This document shows positions 19,160 through 26,884 of a stretch of 64,000 nucleotides of DNA, piece after piece. The DNA lies in NCBI GenBank assembly GCA_963695225.1, contig OY968762.1:1568001-1632000 (forward strand), read 5' to 3'. The stretch's first letter is position 1; each line of letters opens with the position of its first letter. A model generated the notes under the pieces. That model was not told the origin of the DNA. It was given only the letters and a program-made list of their open reading frames with translations, and searched no databases. This DNA comes from Vulcanimicrobiota bacterium. GTDB taxonomy: Bacteria; Vulcanimicrobiota; Vulcanimicrobiia; Vulcanimicrobiales; Vulcanimicrobiaceae. A program made the position numbers and the translations under genes.

Positions 19160-20776
19160 CTAGACGAAACCGCTTGCAGCGGTCGCCCCCTTCTTATGCA
19201 GCTCCGACTGACGGAGCTCGACGCGTCTGATCTTCCCAGAACGCGTCTTCGGGAGTTCGGCGACGAACTCGATCTCGCGCGGATACTTGTACGGCGCCGT
19301 GACGCGCTTGCAGTGTTCCTGGAGTTCCTTCACGAGAGCGGGCCCCGGCTCGTAGCCCGGCCGCAGCACGACGAACGCTTTCACGACGTTCCCGCGATCC
19401 GCATCCGGGCTTCCCACGACTGCCGATTCCTGGACGGCGGGATGTTCGAGCAGGGCGCTCTCGACCTCGAACGGGCCGATGCGGTAGGCGCCCGAGGAGA
19501 TAACGTCGTCCGAGCGGCCGACGAACCAATAGTACCCGTCGTCGTCGACCTGCGCGCGGTCGCCGGTGAGATAGATTTCGCCACGGTGCGAGGCCCGCGT
19601 CTCCTCGGGATTCTTGTAATAGCCGGTGAACAGCGTCGGCGGCCGGCCGCGCACGCCGATGTCGCCGACCTCGCCGGCCTCGCATTCGTTGCCTTCCTGG
19701 TCGATGACGACGATGTCGTGCCCGGGCGTCGGCTTACCCATCGAACCGGGGCGAACTTCCATCCCCGGCAGATTTGCGACCAGCAGCGAGTTCTCGGTCT
19801 GGCCGTAGCCGTCGAGGATCGTCAACCCGAACGCTTCGCGCCAGCGCACCAGCACCTCCGGATTCAGCGGTTCGCCCGCCGAAACGCAGTGCCGCAGCTT
19901 CGGCAGCTTCCAGCGCTCCCCGAGCCCTTCCAGCTTCGCCTCGAGCCTGTATTCCGTCGGGGCCTGGCAGAGCACGGTCACGCCGAGATCGCGGATCATG
20001 TCCATGCGATGCGCGGGGTTGAAACCGCCCTCGTCGAGGACGATCGCGGAACCGCAAGACCATGGCCCGAGCAGAACGTTCCAGAGCGATTTCGCCCAGC
20101 CGGTCCCAGCCGTGCTCCAAACGAGATCGTCCGGCTTGCAATCGAACCAGAATTGCGCTTGCATGCGCTTCGCGTACGTGTAGGCGTGCAGGTGGACGAC
20201 GCCCTTAGGATCCTTCGTCGTTCCGCTCGTGTAGACGATGTAGGCGATGTCGCTCGAGGCAGTCTCGTTTCCGGCGAACTCGGGAGCGTTCTCGACGAGC
20301 GCGTCGAGCGAGGTCCAGCCCTCGGCCGATCCCCCGACGAGCAGATACCGCTTCACGCCGGGCGCGAGTTGACGCAGGAGGTCGCATTCGGCCTGATTGG
20401 TCGTGTGCCCGACGATCGTCGTCGCCTCGCTATGGTTCGCGCGGAACGCGAGGTCCTTCGCGCGCAACTGCTCCGAGCACGGCACGACGATCGCGCCGAG
20501 CCGGTCGAGCGCGATCATCGAAAACAGCCACTCGGGGATCTTCGGCAGGAGCACGACGACGCGCTCCCCCTTTTCGATCCCAAGGTCGCGCAGCGCACCG
20601 GCCCAACGCTGCGAAGCCGCTGCAACCTCGGGGAACGTGTAGTCTCGCTCCTTCCCTGTGGAGTCGACGAAGAGGAGCGCTCGTCGCTGCTCGGCCGCGA
20701 GGCGGTCGATAACATCGCGACCGAAATTGAACGCCGGCGGGACATCCCAGTTGAAGTTTTCGCGCGTCATTTGCAT
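19160..20776 (-). CDS. Acyl-CoA synthetase (AMP-forming, ACSM-like)
   Basis: YTSGTTKDPKGV, SAGEPL, YGQTE, TGD, GRSDD, YKYPR, KTRSGKI motifs. Confidence 0.93.
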   Translation of the reverse strand: MQMTRENFNWDVPPAFNFGRDVIDRLAAEQRRALLFVDSTGKERDYTFPEVAAASQRWAGALRDLGIEKGERVVVLLPKIPEWLFSMIALDRLGAIVVPCSEQLRAKDLAFRANHSEATTIVGHTTNQAECDLLRQLAPGVKRYLLVGGSAEGWTSLDALVENAPEFAGNETASSDIAYIVYTSGTTKDPKGVVHLHAYTYAKRMQAQFWFDCKPDDLVWSTAGTGWAKSLWNVLLGPWSCGSAIVLDEGGFNPAHRMDMIRDLGVTVLCQAPTEYRLEAKLEGLGERWKLPKLRHCVSAGEPLNPEVLVRWREAFGLTILDGYGQTENSLLVANLPGMEVRPGSMGKPTPGHDIVVIDQEGNECEAGEVGDIGVRGRPPTLFTGYYKNPEETRASHRGEIYLTGDRAQVDDDGYYWFVGRSDDVISSGAYRIGPFEVESALLEHPAVQESAVVGSPDADRGNVVKAFVVLRPGYEPGPALVKELQEHCKRVTAPYKYPREIEFVAELPKTRSGKIRRVELRQSELHKKGATAASGFV

Positions 20777-20836
20777 AGCGGGATGAGATTTCAACGAACG
20801 GCAGGCGGAGCCTCGCGGAAATCAGTAACTTCCGGC

Positions 20837-21085
20837 ATGGACATCCGCGATCTCCGGTTCCTGGTCAAGAACGCCAAGATCTCGTATGGCGGCTTCAGCG
20901 CGAGGGGCCTCCCCGCCGTCATCGTCTCGCTCTCCGGGCTCGTGCTCGCGAGCGGGATCGCACGCGCGATCGCGTGCAGCGCTTCCTCCCTCCCCGAGAC
21001 ATTCCGGGAAGGACGCTCGATGCTCGAGAGCGCGCAAAGCAAGAAGGGGGCCTTCACGCCCGAGGTCGTCCGGGCGGCTCGATGA
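20837..21085 (+). CDS. Small hypothetical membrane protein (82 aa)
   Basis: MDIRDLRFLVKNAKISYGGFSARGLPAVIVSLSGLVLASG. Stop overlaps the bolA start (ATGA). Confidence 0.55.
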   Translation: MDIRDLRFLVKNAKISYGGFSARGLPAVIVSLSGLVLASGIARAIACSASSLPETFREGRSMLESAQSKKGAFTPEVVRAAR

Positions 21086-21315
21086 TCGACGATGCGACGC
21101 TCGCGGCCCTGATCCGGGCCGCCCTGCCGGATGCCGACGTCGAAGTCACGGACCTGACCGGCACCATGGACCATCTCAGCGTGTTGGTACGCTCGAAGGC
21201 GTTCGCCGGCGTCACGCTGCTCGACCGCCATCGCATAGTGGAGGGCGCCGTGGCGCCCGCCCGCGCCGACGGGCGCCTGCACGCACTCGCCATTCGCACC
21301 GCAGTCAAGGAGTAA
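21082..21315 (+). CDS. BolA/IbaG family protein
   Basis: DLTGTMDH, FAG..LLDRHRIV, LHALAIRT motifs. Confidence 0.9.
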   Translation: MIDDATLAALIRAALPDADVEVTDLTGTMDHLSVLVRSKAFAGVTLLDRHRIVEGAVAPARADGRLHALAIRTAVKE

Positions 21316-21318
21316 CCG

Positions 21319-21675
21319 ATGTCAGACGAGCTGAGAACGGCAATCGCACGGGAGATCGCCGCGCATACGATCCTCGTGTACGGCAAGGGGACGAAGGACG
21401 CGCCACGCTGCGGCTTCACGCTCGAGACGGTCGAGTTCTTCGACCGGTTCGGTTACCCGTTCGAGGTGATCGACGTCTTGGAGGACCTGCCCAAGCGCGA
21501 AGTGCTCTCTGAGATCACGAACTGGCCGACGCTCCCGAAGGTCTTCATCGCCGGAAAATTCTACGGCGATACGGACATTCTCGGCCCGATGGAGGAGCAC
21601 GGCGAGCTTGCCGGCGTGCTCGCGGCGGCATTCGCCGGGAAGCCGAAGCCGACCGACCCCATCCAGCTCCACTAG
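21319..21675 (+). CDS. Monothiol glutaredoxin (Grx4/GrxD-like)
   Basis: KGTKDAPRCGFT and WPTLPKVF motifs; adjacent to bolA. Confidence 0.9.
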   Translation: MSDELRTAIAREIAAHTILVYGKGTKDAPRCGFTLETVEFFDRFGYPFEVIDVLEDLPKREVLSEITNWPTLPKVFIAGKFYGDTDILGPMEEHGELAGVLAAAFAGKPKPTDPIQLH

Positions 21676-21685
21676 CTCCGCGGCG

Positions 21686-22132
21686 GTGCTGGAACTCTAC
21701 CCGCCGGGCGAAGCCGCCACGTGGATCGCCTCGTTTCGCTTTCGCGCCGACGTGCGGCCGCGCTACTGCGAAACCGACGCGCTGGGGCACGTGAGCAACG
21801 TCGTATACCCCGCCTATCTCGAATTCAGCAGGCTCCAATACTTCATCGCCGCGGGAGACCCGGAGCCCGGGCCGTTCGCATTCGCGCACGTAACCGCCGA
21901 GTTGCAGCTACGCTACGTCGCCGCGTGCTTCTACGACGAGCCGCTGGAAGTGTGCTCGAAGCTCGTCGCGCTCGGCCGGACGAGCGCGACGATGGAGCAG
22001 GCGATCGTCGGGCCGGACGGTTCGATTCGCGCGCTCTCGCGCGTGACGATCGTCCGCTCCGACGGCGAAGCCTCGGTCCCCTGGACGCAAGCGCAACGCG
22101 CCGCCCTCATCGCCTTCGAACCCGGATTGTAG
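21686..22132 (+). CDS. Acyl-CoA thioesterase (4HBT/YbgC hotdog family)
   Basis: RYCETDALGHVSNVVY motif. Confidence 0.85.
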   Translation: MLELYPPGEAATWIASFRFRADVRPRYCETDALGHVSNVVYPAYLEFSRLQYFIAAGDPEPGPFAFAHVTAELQLRYVAACFYDEPLEVCSKLVALGRTSATMEQAIVGPDGSIRALSRVTIVRSDGEASVPWTQAQRAALIAFEPGL

Positions 22133-22154
22133 CGCCCGCCGTTCGCCGGCGCTG

Positions 22155-22655
22155 CTAGCTCTGCGTTAGGTTCGCGGCGGCGCGCGAGGGCGGGGCGCCG
22201 AACGGGTCGATGAAGTCGCCGGCGGGGGAAGCTTCCAACCGCGCGAGTTCCTCCCGGGAGAGCGTCTGCGAGAAGTCGCGCAGCGTGTCCACCGTACAGA
22301 AGAACCCGAACGTCACGTCTCCGCGGTTGACGAACTGGTGAGGTTCGAGCGGCCCGACGTAGACGACGTCGCGCGGTCCCACGACGCTGACGGATTCGCC
22401 GACGATCGCGTGCGCGTAACCCTCCCCGACGATCACGTAATGTTCGTGCTCGTGCTTTTCGAGCCGCGTGACGGCACCCGGCGGGACTTCGAAATACCGT
22501 ACTTCGAGTTTCGGCCCGGGGGCTTGCGGATCGGCTTTGCGGCCGCCGACGAGCGTGTGGCGAACGACCTTCGCCCGCGGCGCCCCCGGGACATAGCCCT
22601 CCGGCTCCACGCCTTCCCAACCACCGGCGGACCTCAAGACGAACGATCGCTGCAT
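22155..22655 (-). CDS. Cupin domain protein
   Basis: RYFEVPPG..TRLEKHEHEH and PHQFVN motifs. TGnTATCAT-N7-ATG suggests a leaderless start. Confidence 0.85.
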   Translation of the reverse strand: MQRSFVLRSAGGWEGVEPEGYVPGAPRAKVVRHTLVGGRKADPQAPGPKLEVRYFEVPPGAVTRLEKHEHEHYVIVGEGYAHAIVGESVSVVGPRDVVYVGPLEPHQFVNRGDVTFGFFCTVDTLRDFSQTLSREELARLEASPAGDFIDPFGAPPSRAAANLTQS

Positions 22656-22747
22656 GCGGACCATGATACCAGATACCCGGCCCTGCCTTCCGGCATCGCG
22701 CCCGTTCCCCAAGACGTCCTGAGCCGGCCGAAGGGTGACGTTTGCGC

Positions 22748-22778
22748 GAAAGCGGGGCCGCCATTCGGCGACCCCGCT
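22748..22778 (-). terminator. Putative intrinsic terminator of TonB receptor 1
   Basis: Minus strand AGCGGGGTCGCC-GAAT-GGCGGCCCCGCT-TTC just after the stop; the U tail is short. Confidence 0.5.
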
Positions 22779-22801
22779 CCCCGCGCAGGCCTCCGGCCGG
22801 A

Positions 22802-25800
22802 CTAGAACCCGAGCTTCTTCGTGAGCTCGAGGTAGAACGTGCAGGGCTGCATGACCACGATGCCGTTCGGGCTCGAATACGCGTTCGTATTGACGAGCCC
22901 GCCCGTCGTCGGGGAGTACGCGACGCCGAGGGGGTTGAAGCCCTTGAACGCCGCGACGCTGCCGAGGAACGTGCCCGCCGTGTCCGCGTTGAACAGGTTC
23001 TGAGCGGTCAGCGAGAGGCGGATCCCGCTGTTGAGATCGCCGGGGCCGAGCGTCGTGCCCACGTAACCGTACGCGACGTTATAGGCGGGCCCGCCCGTGG
23101 CGTTGTTGTTGCCGTACCACGAGTCGCCGAACGACGCGTTCCAGCGGTGCGTGGCGCTCGTGTAATTGATCTCGCCCTTCGCCTTGAAGTACGGGATCTG
23201 GCCGGTAAAGCCGCCGGTGCCGTCGAGTTGCTTCCCGTTGATGAGCGCCGACGCACTGCAGACGGTCGCGCCCGGCTTGCAGAGCCCTTGATAGAAGCTC
23301 AGCGGGATCTGATCGTAATAGGCGCGCATCGCCGTCGCCGTCAGATAGTATCCGAAGCCGGAGGAGACGTTATGCTGCAGCGTCGCCTCGAGACCGTACG
23401 AGCGTTCGAGCGGGCCGTTGAACGTCGCGTTCAGCAACGTCTGCGACGGGCTGCGTCCGGCGAGGTTCGGGACGACCTGGGTCGAGGTGATGAATACGTT
23501 GTGGATCGTGTTGTCGAACGCATCGAGCGAGAGGACCGAGCCGCCGGGCGCGCGATAGTCGAAGCCGAGATCGTACGCGACGGTCGTCTCCGGGAGCAGG
23601 CCCGGATTCTTCGTCGTGAGGACGTCCGACTTACCGTCCGGGCCGCCGTTCACGCTGAGCGCGGTCAGGCCGGAGACGAGGCCGTTGTAAGGGAGCGTTA
23701 CGGACGAACCACCCGAAGCGCGCACGGAGAGGTCGCGCGAGGGGCGGTATTCGATCTGCACGTGCGGATCGACGTGCGAGTTCGCATTGATGCCGGAGAC
23801 GAGCGTCGAGTCGGCCGGTTCGCCGCCGGGATACCCGGCCGCGAGCGCCGCCGTGATCGCCGCGGGATCCGTGATCTTGTAATAGATGCGTTGGAACGTA
23901 TAGTACGCGCCGAGACCCGCCTGCAGGTTCGGACGAATCTGGAAGAGCCCGGTCAGGGACGTGTCGTACCGGATGTTCTGAGTCGGCGGAATCTGCAGCG
24001 AGGAGCGCGGCAGCGTCGGAATCAAGAGGCCGTTGACTTTGCAGTTCGGCTGATAGTACGGATTGGCCGGCGTGTTCGGCGAGCCCGAACCGACGACGCC
24101 GACGCAGCCTGGCGGAAGCTGCGACGTATCCGACGTGAACTTCAGCGTGTCGTCGGTGTTGTAGTCGAAGCTGAACGTATAGAGGTTGTCGTGCACCGGA
24201 TGCAGGTACGAGAGCGTCGCACCGCGCAGGCGGTCGACCTCCGGTTGGCTGAACGGCGTGCTGAAGCCGAAATACCCGTTCGCCTGTTGATTCGTCGGCG
24301 TCGTCCAGCAGGGCGTCGCCACGGAACAATTCGGAGCGGTCGACGTCGTCTTGAAGACGGTCGGGAACTGCGTCGCCGCGTTACCGATGTAGGCCGCACC
24401 GTAGCCCCCCGCTGAGCTGAAGCAGGGGCCCTTCGTGTTCGCCGCGTTCGCGTTGTCGAAAGCGAACGCCACCTGGCAATTCGCGGGGTTCGTGACCTGG
24501 AACCAGCCGACGAGACCGTTGTACTTGGATGCCGCCTGGCCGGCCGAGGAGCCGTAACCGGGCGTCGTGTTCTCGAGATCGCCGTCGATGAAGCGATCGA
24601 TGATCGCCGTGTAGGGACGGAGCAGGATCGTATCGTTCTTGAATTGCGTCTTCAATTCGAACGAGAACGAAGGCTCGTTGTTCGCGATCGTCGAGACCGG
24701 GAAGAACCCGTACCCGTTGAACGGGCTGCCGACCGGATCCGTCGTGTACGGCGCGTTGTAGATCGAAAGGTTCGTGCAGAGCGCCGGGTTCGTGGTGACG
24801 GCAGCCTTGCCGGTCGCCGCCGATACGTTCGCGCACGCGCCGAGCGGGAAGCCGCCGTAGACGAGGCCGTACGAGCCGCCCTGCGGGACGTACTTGCCGA
24901 AAAGCCCGAGATACTCGCCGGTGAGCGAGGTGACCGGGGAGAGCTTGTAGCGGACCTTCACGAGATCGGCTTCGGTCGCGTAGGGAGAGGAGAAGTCGCT
25001 GCTCCACTGCTCGAGGGCCGGCGTCCCCGGGGCCGTGAGCGTCCCGGCGCCGATCTGATACGGGTAGTACCCGTTGTTCGGACCGTTCACGCTGTTGAAC
25101 GTGCGAACGCCGAGGATGCTCAGACGGTTGTTGAGCAGATTGACATTGAGCGATCCGGCATAGTTGCCGGAGCCGTACGTGTCGTCGCCGAGCGTGAGCG
25201 AGAACTCGTTCTTCGCGGAGAAATCGCGCGTTCGGTAGTTGACGATCCCGACGGATTCGCCGGCGTTGGGGCCGTTGAGCCCGGCACCCTTGAGAACTTC
25301 GATTTGCTGGAAGACTTGCGGATTCGCGTAGTTCGTGTTGTAGGTTCCGAAGACGCCGGAGCTGACCGGATGCCCGTCGATCACGACCTTCGTCTCGAGC
25401 GACGCGCCGCGGACCGCGATCGAGGTGTTCGGCGTGCGGCTCCCGCTATCGCGCGTGACGCTGACGCCGGGCAACTCCTCGACGAGCCCCGTGAGGTTCG
25501 GCTGTTCGCGAATCGCGAGCTGTTCGCCGCTCAGCGTGGTGATCGCAAGGCCGCTGACGTTGAAGCCGCTGCGCGCCGCGCTGCGCACGGTCCCGATGAC
25601 GCGCAGCGAGCTGAGCGTTGTTGAGACGAGCGTCACGTCGAGCTTCGCCGACTGCCCCGCGACGAGCGCGACCTCGACCGCCGTCGCGCCCTGGTACCCG
25701 CTCTTCGCAGCGGAGATGGTGTAGACGCCCGCCGGGACCGCGTTGAACGCGTACGCCCCGTTCGAACTCGTCGTCGTGGATTGCGACGTCGCTCCGGAAA

Positions 25801-25981
25801 GCGTGACGGTCACGCCGGCCAAAGGCGCGCCGGTACTGTCGGTCGCCGTGCCGCGCACCGTGGCGGCCTGGGTGGTGCTAGTCGGGCTCGTAACGCTCTG
25901 GGCCAGAGCCGTCGCCGCGCAAAGGGGTCCGACGGCTAAGAAAGCGCCCACGAGCAGAGCGAGGACCCTGCGATTCAACAC
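22802..25981 (-). CDS. TonB-dependent receptor with N-terminal carboxypeptidase-regulatory-like domain (paralog 1)
   Basis: Signal peptide, GAPLAGVTV, plug IDGHP and IEVLKG, LLPET..YDLG, C-terminal Phe. GGAGG RBS. Confidence 0.9.
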   Translation of the reverse strand: MLNRRVLALLVGAFLAVGPLCAATALAQSVTSPTSTTQAATVRGTATDSTGAPLAGVTVTLSGATSQSTTTSSNGAYAFNAVPAGVYTISAAKSGYQGATAVEVALVAGQSAKLDVTLVSTTLSSLRVIGTVRSAARSGFNVSGLAITTLSGEQLAIREQPNLTGLVEELPGVSVTRDSGSRTPNTSIAVRGASLETKVVIDGHPVSSGVFGTYNTNYANPQVFQQIEVLKGAGLNGPNAGESVGIVNYRTRDFSAKNEFSLTLGDDTYGSGNYAGSLNVNLLNNRLSILGVRTFNSVNGPNNGYYPYQIGAGTLTAPGTPALEQWSSDFSSPYATEADLVKVRYKLSPVTSLTGEYLGLFGKYVPQGGSYGLVYGGFPLGACANVSAATGKAAVTTNPALCTNLSIYNAPYTTDPVGSPFNGYGFFPVSTIANNEPSFSFELKTQFKNDTILLRPYTAIIDRFIDGDLENTTPGYGSSAGQAASKYNGLVGWFQVTNPANCQVAFAFDNANAANTKGPCFSSAGGYGAAYIGNAATQFPTVFKTTSTAPNCSVATPCWTTPTNQQANGYFGFSTPFSQPEVDRLRGATLSYLHPVHDNLYTFSFDYNTDDTLKFTSDTSQLPPGCVGVVGSGSPNTPANPYYQPNCKVNGLLIPTLPRSSLQIPPTQNIRYDTSLTGLFQIRPNLQAGLGAYYTFQRIYYKITDPAAITAALAAGYPGGEPADSTLVSGINANSHVDPHVQIEYRPSRDLSVRASGGSSVTLPYNGLVSGLTALSVNGGPDGKSDVLTTKNPGLLPETTVAYDLGFDYRAPGGSVLSLDAFDNTIHNVFITSTQVVPNLAGRSPSQTLLNATFNGPLERSYGLEATLQHNVSSGFGYYLTATAMRAYYDQIPLSFYQGLCKPGATVCSASALINGKQLDGTGGFTGQIPYFKAKGEINYTSATHRWNASFGDSWYGNNNATGGPAYNVAYGYVGTTLGPGDLNSGIRLSLTAQNLFNADTAGTFLGSVAAFKGFNPLGVAYSPTTGGLVNTNAYSSPNGIVVMQPCTFYLELTKKLGF

Positions 25982-26035
25982 GGATAGCCTCCGAAAACGC
26001 TAAAGAAACCGCGCCACTAGCGGCGCGACGCTCGT

Positions 26036-26092
26036 ACTATAGCTCAGGTCAGGTTAACGCTATACGGCAGATTCGATTAATGACGGATTAAG
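26036..26092 (-). promoter_or_regulatory. Promoter region of TonB receptor 1: TTAA repeats plus TATAGT -10
   Basis: Minus strand CTTAATCC-GTC-ATTAATCG ... GTTAACCT-N9-TATAGT. Confidence 0.5.
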
Positions 26093-26146
26093 AGAAGCCC
26101 ACAAACCGAGAGGGTCCTGCCGCCGCACCCCTCGTAGAACCCGCCG

Positions 26147-26623
26147 ATGCGCAACTACTGGCTCTTCAAGAGCGAACCCGACACGTACGGCTTCGACCGC
26201 CTATGCAGCGAAGGGCGCACGGAATGGAGCGGCGTCCGCAACTATCAAGCGCGCAACTTCATGCTCGCGATGAAGACTGGCGATCTTGGCTTCTTCTATC
26301 ACTCCAGCACGAAAGAACCGGGCATCGCCGGCATCGTGAAGGTCGTGCGCGAGGCCTACCCCGATTTCACCGCCCGCGACCCCGCCTCGCCCTACTACGA
26401 TCGCAAATCGACGGCCGCAAACCCCATCTGGCAAATGGTAGACGTCGCCTACGAAGCCGACCTCCCCCGCTTCGTAACCCTCGCCGAGCTACGCCGCTGC
26501 ACCGCGCTCGCCCCCACGATGGTGCTACTAAAACGAGGATCGCGACTCTCGGTGCAACCAGTGCACGTACGAGAGTGGGAAATCATAATGGACCTCGCGA
26601 GCCACGCACCCGCGCTCATCTAG
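26147..26623 (+). CDS. EVE domain protein
   Basis: YWLFKSEP, WSGVRNYQARN, FFYHS, RLSVQPV motifs. Confidence 0.95.
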   Translation: MRNYWLFKSEPDTYGFDRLCSEGRTEWSGVRNYQARNFMLAMKTGDLGFFYHSSTKEPGIAGIVKVVREAYPDFTARDPASPYYDRKSTAANPIWQMVDVAYEADLPRFVTLAELRRCTALAPTMVLLKRGSRLSVQPVHVREWEIIMDLASHAPALI

Positions 26624-26640
26624 AGCGCACCATGGCCCGC

Positions 26641-26797
26641 GTCCCGTCCTTTGCGGTGCGGGGGCCCTTCGCGGGGAGTGCAGCTTGCCCGCGGAGCCAG
26701 GATGGCGGGAGCGGGCAAGTGCACTAGTAGCGATTTCGCATGGATGCGAAATCGCGGGCGTCCCCGCGAAGGGCCCCCGCACCGCAAAGGACGGGAC
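26641..26797 (+). repeat. Structured intergenic repeat element, copy 1 (37-bp perfect inverted repeats enclosing two hairpins)
   Basis: Arms 26641-26677 and 26761-26797 are exact reverse complements. The 99-nt core matches 40521-40619 at 92/99 positions by hand alignment. Confidence 0.9.
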
Positions 26798-26826
26798 AAA
26801 GCCCCGTGCAACTGCACGGGGCTTTT
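26798..26826. terminator. Bidirectional intrinsic terminator between the EVE gene and TonB receptor 2
   Basis: AAA-GCCCCGTGCA-AC-TGCACGGGGC-TTTT between convergent genes. Confidence 0.65.
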
Positions 26827-26860
26827 CCGCGATGCCCGTTGCGGTAGTTCTCCGCGACGA

Positions 26861-26884
26861 GAGTTACCGAGTTACAGAGTTACC
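26861..26884. repeat. 3 x 8-nt tandem repeat GAGTTAC(C/A)
   Basis: GAGTTACC GAGTTACA GAGTTACC; the last unit contains the receptor 2 stop codon. Confidence 0.7.

Noticed and set aside
18137..20836. 982-aa plus-strand ORF
   Set aside because: Antisense to the RDD and acyl-CoA synthetase genes; only the last 82 codons look like a real gene
26147..26623. EVE protein as part of a modification-dependent defence system
   Set aside because: Stand-alone EVE domain with no nuclease or toxin neighbour; this form is widespread
26624..26830. Repeat element as CRISPR, tRNA or small ORFs
   Set aside because: No repeat-spacer periodicity and no tRNA cloverleaf or T-loop; the small ORFs are artefacts of the inverted repeats
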